DNA of 63,503 nt, filler included, from Rhabdomonas costata (taxonomy: Eukaryota): assembly GCA_019059605.1 (NCBI GenBank). It is 16 parts of 16 records of this genome, joined end to end, with 100 filler letters (N's around TTAATTAATTAA, not from the genome) between each part and the next. Parts side by side here need not be neighbours in the genome. Positions count along the whole stretch, not along the records: positions 51,593 to 55,613 come from JAHMHO010000485.1; positions 55,714 to 59,555 come from JAHMHO010000486.1; positions 59,656 to 63,503 come from JAHMHO010000487.1; 13 more parts are not named here. One strand, given 5' to 3'. Under the pieces are notes generated by a model. That model did not search any database and had not been told where the DNA came from. It saw only the letters and a program-made list of their open reading frames with translations. Each line of letters begins with the position of its first letter. Within the stretch, counting starts at the first letter, position 1. Below, piece by piece: positions 51,811 to 63,166 of the stretch. Made by a program: the position numbers and the translations under genes.

Positions 51811-52390
51811 CTGAAATCCACAGCCCGGACCCAAAAATCTCATGCAAATCCACCTCCCAAACCCAAAAAAGTTCCCCGTACTTACACAAAACACGACGGC
51901 CGTTCGCCGCCCAAAGCACCACACGCCAGCGTGATTGGATTATTATATATTATTATGTTGAGGCGCGTATTATTGGCATGGCTTTTTCGAAGCGGGCGGC
52001 ATTTACTTGGAAGCCGCGCCCTGCTGCCATTCCCGCAGCCGCTTTGCGAGCTCGGCGTGCCCGCCAGCTTTCCAGCTTGTTTACACCTGATCCGCTAATT
52101 TCACACACTAGTTTCAAATGCAGTTGAACAATAGCAGCACTTTAAACTGTATCCATCAATTGCGGTTAATTCCTCGCCATCTTTTTTACTGCCTCACATT
52201 TTCCGTTATTAATTTCCATTGCATTACCAGAGTCTCTCGCTTGGTAGGTTGTTCAAGGAAAAAGATTCAAGAACGCGATGCTTCCCAAATGAGCCCCCCT
52301 GCTGTCTGTCCCCAATGATGTCAAAGCAAAAGAAAGGTGCCGTGACGTGACCATCACGTCACCAGGACCATCAAAGAAACTAAGTTTTAA

Positions 52391-52480
52391 CGTAACGCAA
52401 CGTAACGTAACGTAACGTAACGTAACGTGACGTGACGTGACGTAACGCAACGTAACGTGACGTAACGCAACGTAACGCAA
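52391..52480. repeat. Pentanucleotide microsatellite (CGTAA/CGCAA/CGTGA)n
   Basis: 18 tandem 5-bp units in three variants. Confidence 0.92.
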
Positions 52481-53176
52481 TGTATGTGACGCGGAACTGG
52501 ACAGGGGTTGTGCGGCTGAATATTCATATTAAGGTATCACTGGCAACAACTGCTGTCGCCGTCCACTTCCATTTGGTCCACAATGGTGGCACGCCCCGAG
52601 GGAATCACATCAGCTGCACTGTGCAATAAGTAGTTAAAGCTATGACCAATGCTTCACGACATGCAGCGGCAACAACTCACGCCTTTTGCGTGAAACCCTT
52701 CCGAAAACCACGCCCCATTTCCCGCAACTCAGAAATAAAGACTGATTCACAAGCACATCCGCGCTGAGAATACCAGTTCTGCACACACTGCCGGTTTCAT
52801 ATTTTGCAAGCATCCTGCACTAATCTTCCCTCGGACATCCGGTTTCTCCCTCGTCGAAGAAACACTCGAACTCTAACCCGCCCCCCCCTCAAGGTTTCTT
52901 CCCAGAGTGTCCAAGGTGTGAGCTCAGCGGGAAGCCCATGGGCCAAGGGGCTTCACGCAAAGCGGAACAGAAAAATTTGCCAGCATTGATGCTGCGCACG
53001 TTCTCCGTGGCTGCGCGCAGCACCGTACGGAATGCCTTAATATGGTTCTGAGCTTTGAACCACATCTCCCTGAGCACTCATTAACATTGGTGATGGGTGA
53101 CTTTTCTCGCACCCTCCCCCCCTTCCACCACCATGCGCGTCCTTCAGCAGTGATGGTTCCCACACTGTGTTTTGCG

Positions 53177-55549
53177 TTAGGGAGGTAGCAAATGGGTGCG
53201 GAGGATCGCATGCAGAGGGGTTCCCTCCATGCCGTGGCGTCGCAGCCCCCGCCCGATCACTACAATAGTGTTCACGGGAGGAGACCCGACAGGCATTGTG
53301 GTGGCCTGAGCGTCCCAAGTGTCCATCACCGCCTGGACTGCGGTCACCTCACGCTGCCCTGAGTCCGAGCAAACCCGCAAACGAACATGTGCACATACAC
53401 AAACAAAATCACCAAACGAGGATGAGCGTACTCAGGTGCACTAAAACTGCGGCACATGCTGACGACGGAAATGATACAATCCGGGTACCCACGTCAGCAC
53501 AACAGCGTAAGAATATGAAGCACAGCATCCAAACAGACTCAGCATCGACCTGGGGATTCACGGTCGCATCAGTTGGGGCGGCTCCAGTTGGTGGGACGGA
53601 ATAAGTGCAAACAATGCCATAATGCAGCCAAAAATGTCACACCTTAAAGCCACCGAAACGACATGAATCCAATTCAGAAAGTACCTTCCAGATTCAATGT
53701 CGTCTTCTTGCAGAGAAAACTGACGAAAGGCCCGTCATTCTGAAGAACTTTTTTTAAAACGATCAGCTCGCCACTTCCCCGCTACACCTCACCCTCACCC
53801 CACCGACGAACGGTAAGGAAGCCGCCTCGGAAAAAAAAACAAACCACACACACATACGCATATATTTGTGCGGACGGATTGGCATGGGGATGTTTTTGGG
53901 GATTTTATCCGATGGTGCAGAGCGCATACCGCCTCGCAGCTGGGGGCGTGCGTAACCCCCCCCCCCAAACACACAGCCGCATTCACAGTCACCCTCTCGG
54001 CACGTGAAGGCGCGTGAAGCGAAGCCCAAACCTTCCACGCAGAGCAGGGCCTTAACCCTTAGCACGGAGCCCTGAGCCTCGTGCTGCCGAGGGTGCAGCA
54101 GGGCGGTCATTAGCCGTTCCACACCCTCCCCGGCTCTCAGCCAGCCGCTCTCCTGCAGCACCTCCGTGCCGACTTCCGAGGTGTGGTCGTGGGGGCAGCG
54201 CTGGGCGAGTGGGGGGTGCGCCGCTGAGGGAACCCCACAGCTGCCCTCTGCGCAGCACGGCAGGGTGCAACCCCCAGAGCACCGTGAGGCTCCAAGCTGC
54301 AGACCACAGAGACCGGATGGAGGAAGGGAACACAAAAAGAACAGTCGTCAGCAAGGGAGATGCTCTAGAACCAGTATCATCAGTCTGTCCTCGGTTTTGG
54401 GGAATGACTTGACATGTGACAAGCGAAGGAGCACAGCGGGGAAAAAGAGCCACCTTAAAGTAACCTTTCACAACCTGCTGGCGGATACCTGTCAAAACCG
54501 AAGGAAACCCAACCCTAACATTACCGGCTGCTCCATGGCCCAGGTAAGTGGGAGGGTGGGAGGCGGCAGCAAGTGTATGAAAGGAAGGTGGAGGTGTGGC
54601 GCGACCTGCTTCAGAAACTCTGCCCCCATTTCCAGGCCATGGATGTGCAGAACCTCGCGCAGGTCAGAGATTCGCCCAAAGGAAATGCACTGCAGGTCTG
54701 CGGTAGAGTTCACCGCGCGCACCGCGCCGACAACCCTGGCCAGCTCCTCCGGGGACACCAGGTCTACCTTGTTCACCAGAAGCTTGTCGGCGTACCCAAT
54801 CTGCGTCGCTGCCTCGACATACCCCCCGGTTCCCCCTGCCGATGTCACACAGACACCTGTCGGGGGGAGGGCTTCATCGAAAAGAGACTCCCAGTCAGGG
54901 CAGTAAATGCGAAGAATGTAGCACATCGGACTTGGTTCATATTTCGATCAGTGAGGGCCCCGGTCCCACCTGGTCAAAAGACGATTTACGACAACTATCT
55001 CTCAGAGCAAGACACCACGCACGTGAGGCAGGAGAGGGAGAGGGAGAGAAGACGATTTTCGACAAGGGCCAGCAGGTTCGGTCTTGGACTGGGGGGGGGG
55101 GTCGAAAGAGTCCATTGCCGGCGGTTCGGGTCAAGTCCGTCAGTTTTCTCGCAAGCGGGCGTCTGAACCCCGCAGAGCTTACTGCGGATGCGGAGGAGTG
55201 GGTTTAGGAGCCCCAGGTGGAGAGGGAGGAGACAGCGATGAGGGCGTTTCCCATCAAGACTGGGGGGAGAGGGGAAGGACCAGCATCCACAGACGGCTGG
55301 GACACCGCTCCGGTAGGCCCCAAGCAGCTCAAGATGTTCTTGGAATCCACTACGGTCACCACCCCGTTCAGCACCACAGGGACCTCCAGGGCCTCGTCGA
55401 CCCAGAACGAGGCAACGATGGGTCCGGGGTTGGCCATCCCCGTGGTCTCCAGCAGCACGTGGTCCAGCGGCCGCCCCAGCCGCCGCTGCTCCCGCACTAG
55501 TCGCTCAATCACAGCCACCGCCTCCCCCTTCGTGGTGCAGCACAGGCAT
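53177..55549 (-). CDS. ZNG1: COG0523/CobW-family Zn metallochaperone GTPase (ZNG1/CBWD-like), 5' partial
   Basis: Exons 55549-55281, 54835-54606, 54296-54032 and 53358-53177 contain (G)CLCC, LLETTGMANPGPI..FW, VVTVVD, QIGYADKLLVNKVD, VLRVKALL, VQAV and IVVIGRGL. Confidence 0.9.
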
Positions 55550-55815
55550 CTGCATCACCCAAAAGAGGAAACCTATTCCCGACACGAAAAACAGTGCCCC
55601 CCCCCACCCACCANNNNNNNNNNNNNNNNNNNNNNNNNNNNNNNNNNNNNNNNNNNNTTAATTAATTAANNNNNNNNNNNNNNNNNNNNNNNNNNNNNNN
55701 NNNNNNNNNNNNNGGTCACTGCAACACTGCAACGCTGTCCAGAGGCATAGAAGAGAGCAGTGCAACGTGATGGAGATCGGCAGAGGGATCGGGCAGGGGG
55801 GAGGGGTCGGTTTGC

Positions 55816-58800
55816 TCAGATGGGGCCAACGAACAGGCCCACCACCCTGGTGCAGAACAGGATGAGGTCCTTGAGCTGCAGCCCATTTAGGGTGTGCGGG
55901 CGCTTCTTGAGGAACAGCAGCCACATCGCGAAGTACGTGAACAGGAAGCCCACGAACAGCGCCGCGACGGAGAGCGGTCTGGTGCTGGGCTTGCCCACCC
56001 GAGGGGCGGTGATAAACCCGACGAACGTCAGGTTAATAGCACACGCTAGCGTAGAAGGGTGAGGAAAGGGTAAGGGTAGAAGAAGAAAAAGGGCTATCCG
56101 GCCAAATCGCCAGAGATTTTCGTTCTCTGTCATGATGGTGAAACAATACGGGAGATCAGGAAAATTCCAGAAGCGCCATTGCAATATAAAAACATCTCCA
56201 AACAGTGTCTTTTGGTTTTATGCATTGTAAATTGCCGAATAAAAAAAATACTCATCACTCCCGTACACCTGTGATGGCAACCAGCCAGCATTCAACGCCG
56301 TACTGGCGATGACTTTCCCCCCTGACGAGCTCCCGCCGTCCAGTTCTGGCGGGCGGGTCTGCACAAGCAATTCAAAGAAAAGCACATACTGTATAATACC
56401 CACAAAAAAACAACCAATCAGACAAGCAGACACACTAAACCACAGGAAGTATTCCAAATTCGCGTAACCAGATGGGCTGAAAAAAACCCTACCTCCATCC
56501 CATGGCATGGGGTTCAAAACATTGTAGTAGAACCCTCCGGTGACAGCCAAGAAGGCCAGCTGCGGCAAGCACAAGAGGGCAAGCACAAGAAACTTCAGCT
56601 GCAAATTTGGCACCAGGGTGGTTCGGGTAAAACCGTGGACAAACCATGGCAAAGATGAACAGTGCACCCCAAAACGGCGATGGAAAGAGCTCCTTGCGGA
56701 TTCTCAGAGGCAGCTTGCGGCTGCCCTTCGACAAGGCAGTCCCACGGATTCGGACCTGCTCCTGGAGAAAAGACGATGAGCATCAGGGATCACCTTCCCA
56801 AGTTGTTTTATTGCCCTGTGTCCCTCTCGTAAGTATTCCAATTAAGTAGTCCAATCCTAAAAGCATCAATGAAAAGCGAGAAGCAAGCACCGATTTAGCG
56901 ATGAGCTCAGGATCAGGCGCAGGGAAGGAGTGCAGCCGTACAAAAACGGCAACCCCAGCAAGCCCAACCAGGAAGATAGCCTGGAGAACCTTCGACAGCT
57001 GCAGACGCTCGGGAACAGAATCCCTCACAACTATCTTGAAAACAGGAAATGAAACAGAGGAACAGACACAGCAATAAGCGGTTCAGAATTGCTCACTTTG
57101 AAGACGGCGCGAGAAGTTCCAGACGAACTCAAACGCACCTTCACTCCAGAGTGCCTCTCGACAAACCGGGCAATGTTGTTGTCCGTAAACGAGCCGTCGT
57201 CGGGACCTTCCAAGTAACCAAACGCCTAAAGAAAGAAGAACAAAAGAACCAAACTTTCACAAAAAACGTTTGCCTGTAGCTTCACATTGGAGAGATGGCG
57301 TGGCACAGGGTGCAAACGAGCTGAACATGCCAGAGCGTTCCAAGCCGTTTCTCTCTGAAAAAGATGCGTTTCCCACAGCTCCAAGGCCGTCTTTTTTTGG
57401 CCAGAGCGAGCATTCTTTCGTCGTTCTGAGGGCAAAAAAGCCAACCACCAAAGAAATAAATCACATGAAAATCACATGAAACACTGATCGGGGAGGAAGG
57501 AAAACACAAACACGAACTTTGCCCTTTGGATGCCCGCGAGGGATGCAGAGACTCCTCGAGCTTTCGGTTGTACAGTTGCCTCACGGGATCGTCCTGAAAC
57601 CTTTCGGAGGGGCGAGAAATGGAACAATATGAGGGAACCAGCAAACCCCCAAAACCGAAGAACGTTGGCTGACGGAAACCTTGCGAAGGAGGTGGCGTTC
57701 CCTGGCTTGAAAATGACCAAGGTGGGCAGCTGACTGAAACCGAGCTGAGGAAGCCACAAGGACAGGACAGATAGCACCAGGGAGCTGACCTGCAAAGAGA
57801 CGAACCGCATTTTCACCCTCAAAACAACGGAACAACCTGTTGAGGCAAAGCCGCCGTTGATTGCTCGTAGAAAATCCTTGCCCAAAAGATTCTCTCGGAC
57901 GGGGGAGTGCCCTTTTTCACTTGAGCATTGTAATTGTAGGCCACTTTGTTGACAATGTCTTCCAAATGCCTGAGAAAAAAAACGGGAAATGAGAGTGTCC
58001 ACCATCCGGCAATCCCGGTCCCGTCTTTTTTTCTTGGGGGGGGGGGCGTTGTACGGAAAAACGCCGTCATACGGTATAACACCGTAAAAGAAGTAATAAT
58101 AATGGATAATGGATCGGATATTGATGGATCAACGGCCGATTTTGAATAATTTTTTTTGAATAATTTTTTGAAAATCAAAAAATGGATCAAATGGAACCCC
58201 CCCCTTGTACTGTAATTTCTCAAAAATTACTGTTCTCCATCAAAGAAAATCTCGGTTTTGCAAACATCACGAATATTTTCGTCCCCAAAGGAGAAAATAA
58301 TGGATAATCAAATAATGGATCAACGAGAACCATGATCCATTTTTTTTTACTTATACGGTATAAAGCCGTTTTACGGTATAATGCCGTTTGTCGTCACGGG
58401 GTAGTATTTGAAAAAACGTTTCTTTTGGCCATTCCATTGGTCAGTATTGTTGGCGGTAACTCATTCCTTGCAGGGCTTTAGACAACAAAAGGGATTCGAT
58501 TAGCCAGCCAGCGGCTCGGCCGGAGCGGGCGGCTGGGGCGGGGACGTTGCCTGGGGGTAGAATTCTTCTTGGCAATGCACGCCAAAACTAGTGTTTAGGT
58601 GGAGTTTCGTCCTTTGCCGAATAACACCGTTATAGGGCATGACGGCATTATACGGTACCGTTTAACCCCCCCCCCCAGACCGGACCCTGACAAAGTTGGA
58701 CATCTTTTGTTCTGCTTTCCTTGTGTGAACACTGCGCAACCTTTCTCCTGGCTTCGTTGAAAAGAAGGTCAGGAAAAGGAAGAACAAGAGCATAAAGTAC

Positions 58801-59522
58801 ACGTCAGTGATGCACGCCCGGCAAACACGCTCGGTATGCGGGTAACCAAAACTAACCAAAACAGTGGAATGCAAAAGCCAGCGCAAAGTGGCAATATTAT
58901 CCAAAACAAAGCCACTGCATGCGTGAAAGTCAAAGGTTCATAAAACGCACATCACTTGCAATGAGGAATTCACAGCCGAAGGGGGCGAAGGGGGTTTCGA
59001 TTAGGCTGAGATGGGGAGGACGGGAGGGTGCGTGTGTGTATTGTATAAGAATGTACAGATGTAAAGCAATTGGCAGGGGTGAGGATGATAGGTTCATACG
59101 ACACTTGGCATGAGCCAATCCAAAGGGGGATGGTAAGAACCTTCCCGGCCGACCCAGCAGAGGAGCCCGAACGTCCCGATCAACGAAAAGGTGCGATAAT
59201 ACAAAACGAAAGAAACGGTACAAAGGTGACGGATGTGAACCTGCAAGTGGGACATCTCTCTTCCTGAACAACCACGAGCACGCAGTAGCAGCTTCGCGTG
59301 TTCGTGGCAACATACCTGCAAAAAATAAAGAACGATAGGAAAACCCGCCTCAAGGGAGCAAGCAAAACTCGAACTTCCTAATTCCTGTTTCCCATTTGGC
59401 GCAAGATGGTGCAGCGGACGTTGACGCCAGCACAAGACCAAAAACAAGAACAGTCCTGTTGTAAATGCGGTTGCTGATGTCCGTAACAGGCCCCGACTGA
59501 AAGGCGAACAACGCATCGTCCA
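55816..59522 (-). CDS. Oligosaccharyltransferase OST3/OST6 (TUSC3/MAGT1-like) subunit, 5' partial, many exons
   Basis: The thioredoxin-like part with CPTC is in exons 59522-59456 and 59315-59241. Later exons are 57789-57680, 57600-57518, 57425-~57331, 57225-57139, 57034-56942, 56761-56645, 56559-56493, 56358-56269 and 56045-55816. They give TM segments with GGFYYN..NPMP, QYGVECWLV and a terminal F.KK.P motif. Confidence 0.78.
58051..58658. mobile_element. MITE-like non-coding insertion within an OST3/6 intron
   Basis: Imperfect 20-bp terminal inverted repeats (58051-58070 vs 58639-58658, 16/20). CGTT lies directly on both flanks. The interior is AT-rich with repeated tacggtataa..ccgt and ataatggat motifs. 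Confidence 0.5.
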
Positions 59523-59655
59523 CTGCAACCGAGTGCAAAGGGGAAAGGAAGAAAGNNNNNNNNNNNNNNNNNNNNNNNNNNNNNNNNNNNNNNNNNNNNT
59601 TAATTAATTAANNNNNNNNNNNNNNNNNNNNNNNNNNNNNNNNNNNNNNNNNNNN

Positions 59656-61686
59656 GTTTGCCCCGCTAGCCGTACCTCAAATTGCCTGCACGGTACCCCG
59701 TACCGAGAACTGCCCCGTGAGCCATGCAGTTCACGAATCTCAAACACAAAGGGGGTGACCCCGCCAAGGCCAGGTACAGGATCTGCCGAGATCGGCATTA
59801 AAGCGGATACAACCTCGGGATCTTCCCAGAGACCAAAAAGAGCTACAGAGGTTGTGTGCAACACGCTAAAACACGAATTGACAGTATGCCAGGCTGTAGC
59901 GGTCGCCCTACGTTCCGAAAAGTCATCCTCCTTCGTGGTGTAGTCGTACACACAAGCCCTGCGAAGCGCGCCCTGCAGCGCTGACAACAGATTCTGGTTC
60001 CTCGGATCGCTCATCCATTCTCGAATCGAGGTGACCTCCGCTTCGATAGCAGATTCTTGATTTGGACCAACGGAGCCAGAAAGCTCCAGAAATGTCCGCA
60101 ACGTGGAAACTCGAAGCGTGCACCAACTATCGCAGAGCTCGGCAAGGTCAAGAGTGCGTGCATGCGCAGTGGCCGCTTGACATTCTCTCAAACGAGCCAA
60201 CTCACGCGGGTTCTGCCCCATCCCAAACCCCCGAAAAAGCCGCCCAAACTCGTACGTGTCACACCGCAGTCGGTAGTTAGACCTCCAATCCAAAGCGGCA
60301 TCTGCCCCAGAAATGCGGCACGGAATCCCCCATCGGGATGCATACATACTCTTCCATGTTGAAGAAGACTGAATGAGTGAATGCCATGATCGGCACACAC
60401 TGGAGAGCCTTTCGACAGCATATGAGAAGCCCAGGATCGAGAAAACATGCGTTAGTACATCATCAGGAAGCAGGCACAACCCGGCGAATTCCGATGAAGA
60501 GCATGGATCCGAATGAATACGTGGAGAGAAATGATTGCCACCATGTGACAAGCTCGTTCCATGAGGACCAACCTCACGTGCTTCTCGAACTCCATCCGAT
60601 GGCCTAACATCGCTCTGCAAAACTGACAAAATGCGGGGAAATTGGTCTACCACGAAGTCCGACAAAACGCTGGGTGTGCTAGACGACGTGCACACCAACT
60701 CGAGCACACTGAAACGCGTTTCTTCCAGTCGAAATGATGGGCATGAACGGACAATTTCCTCCACGAGCGCCACGATGAACTGCTCTTGTCTTACATTGTC
60801 AAGCCAGAGGAAGGCAGCTGGGTCAAACTGTCCCAATTTCGTGTTCAATGCAGCTGTCACCCTCTTGCTGAAGTCATCATACGAAGGAGGACACGCGTCC
60901 CGAGTGGCTATCGCTTCTTTTCGGCGAAGCTCACCCACTCGAGTAAGCCAGGACTTTGGCATCGGAACAACACNNNNNNNNNNNNNNNNNNNNNNNNNNN
61001 NNNNNNNNNNNNNNNNNNNNNNNNNNNNNNNNNNNNNNNNNNNNNNNNNNNNNNNNNNNNNNNNNNNNNNNNNNNNNNNNNNNNNNNNNNNNNNNNNNNN
61101 NNNNNNNNNNNNNNNNNNNNNNNNNNNNNNNNNNNNNNNNNNNTGTGTTGGTTGTTGGTGTGTTTGGTGCCGAGAAAGAGACAGCAGATGACTGTACAAG
61201 AAGCTCGTGGTAGCTTCGAATGTGTGATTTCCACCGAATCGGGCACTGCAAGTGACTGCGCTTAATTGCCAGCAGGAGCTCCAAGGGGGCAAGAACACAG
61301 TGGCCGCCCCCCGGAAACCTAGCAGCCACCCACCCAGATGACGAGGTAGCCACGTGCTCCAGAATGTGAGCCGCAGAGCAGCTCATCGAAAGAGGAACTT
61401 CGAAGTCCAGCGTGGGCCCATCCCTTCCGTGTGCAGCAAGAACCGACAGGCTGCCTGCCGAACTGTCCGGGGTCCGAACTGACAGTCCTTCCAGAAGTGT
61501 CGCGCTGTTTTGGTCTAACCAGGACAGAAGCGACAGCGGAGTGAGCATTACATCCCAGTCTCGGGGGTCTGGGTTTTCTGGGACCTGACTTGCAGCTCGG
61601 GAGCCAAATAGCACGGCGGCATTTGGAAGCGGCACAAGCTTCGACGCTTCGTGGAGTGTTTCGCGTAGCTTAGCAACAGCCTCCAT
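59656..61686 (-). CDS. Nucleotidyltransferase-like domain + F-box fusion protein, apparently intronless, truncated by scaffold start
   Basis: ATG at 61686, then FGSRA...RDWDV...LDFEV (Pol-beta GS/DxD/acidic triad) and LLAIKRSH..PIRWKSHI. After the 170-N gap come RRKEA, EE and LELVCTS..LSDFVVDQFPRIL. The F-box LLPDDVLTHVFSILG...LSSVCRSWHSLI...W is at 60473-60351. Frame across the gap cannot be verified. Confidence 0.75.
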
Positions 61687-62146
61687 TGTTGGTTGTTGAG
61701 AAAAGGTTACCTGTAGGGTAAAACCCCCACGCCTTTTGTTGAGAAATGCAACCCTTGAGGGGCGAACGGGGGACAGAAACAGCGGTGAATGGGTAGTGCC
61801 TTTCATTCCTGTTGCCATTGTCGCTTTCTGATTTGCGTTGACCAGCGTGTGACCAAACCTTCCCCTGCCCGGGCGCTTTGGTTTGGACAACGTTATCCTG
61901 CCCGGGTGCTTCGTGTTGTTTGATTGCAGCACCCTGTCTGAGTTTACACTAGGCATGGTATTGCCAGAAACGGGGACTGCCTCTCGTCCACTGACGGCCC
62001 GATACTGAGCCTACTTCACACATTTAGGTGCGTTCCTGGAAATCTTTGCTCGACATGCTTCAACACGGGTGCCCCCCACTGTTCCTTCAAAACTAATTAG
62101 TGCAGTTCGATGTATCTGAATTGCTCAAAACGCGTTGGCAGTTTGC

Positions 62147-62461
62147 TCATTTTGCCCATTTTGCCACTTTGTCCTGTTTGGCTGTCGTTAGGCTTTGTCT
62201 CTCGCCTACTATTGGCGTTCTTCCTGACTCGCTTTCTTGGTCACGTACTTCGTTTCTCTGCATTGGTTTTCCCCTGATTTGTGCTGAACACCGGGCATTA
62301 TTCCTGCCATCCGTGGTGAACAGGGGGGTAAAGAACACACTCAATTCACGGATCCACTCCATTAAAAAAGTTTTCACCATGTAGCCCTCGGCGTCTTCCG
62401 CTTGGAACACGGCCTCCATTCGCGGGAGATTGTCAGCACGCACGCAGGCAATCAGATCCAT
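62147..62461 (-). CDS. Possible small ORF or gene remnant inside the tandem repeat unit
   Basis: A 104-codon ORF (MDLIACVRADNLPRMEAVF...) with an AG just upstream. No family recognised. Confidence 0.25.
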   Translation of the reverse strand: MDLIACVRADNLPRMEAVFQAEDAEGYMVKTFLMEWIRELSVFFTPLFTTDGRNNARCSAQIRGKPMQRNEVRDQESESGRTPIVGERQSLTTAKQDKVAKWAK

Positions 62462-63166
62462 TCTTTGCAGTAAAACTTGCACCGCAGCAAAAGCTGTGCG
62501 ACGAAAATGTAGGAATCATGTGCATTGCACTAATAAAAACCGTATAAAACCGGACCGAGCGGTTTCATGAAGCAAAAGCAATGATGTCAAACACCACTTA
62601 CCGGAATTTTTCTGTCGAACAAAACGGAATCTGTTGAGGGACGTCGTGGTGTGCCAATGCGCGCGTTTAACAATTCTTTTCGAGCTCAAGGAGCACCGCC
62701 ACATTATATAGGCCTAAAATCCGCTCCTCTGGTTGCAAACCACAGATGCAAATACACCCACAACACTGAATTTCTGCTTCCGGAAACACCGGAGTTAGCC
62801 ATATGCACATTTCTACGAAAGCAACGAGAAGCACCGCCACAACAGTGACACGAGAATTTCCCCGCCGGGTCACCAGGGCAAGCACTGCCCTGGCGTGAGC
62901 GGAGCATGCGATCACCAAAGAGGCCAAAGGCTAAAGGAAAGGAAAGGTTTGAAGCAAAGCAATATTCCGTCTTGGATTTTCCCGAGGTAAAATCCAAAAC
63001 GGATCCGTCTCTGGCTTGGTCTTCTAATCGCGGGGACATTGACTGAAAACGAAAGCAAGGGAGGTGGGAGATACGCTGCAGACACTCACAATGAGGAATA
63101 CCTGGAGGTAACTTAGACAGGTCATTTATTCATCAACAAAAAAGGTCATATGGATGGCCGTTTCGG

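Noticed and set aside
3866-59655. Regularly spaced TTAATTAATTAA motif about every 3.95 kb, suggesting a repeat array or CRISPR-like structure
   Set aside because: It is always centred in about 44+44 Ns and has stops in all frames, so it is a synthetic concatenation linker. The even spacing reflects scaffolds of similar length.
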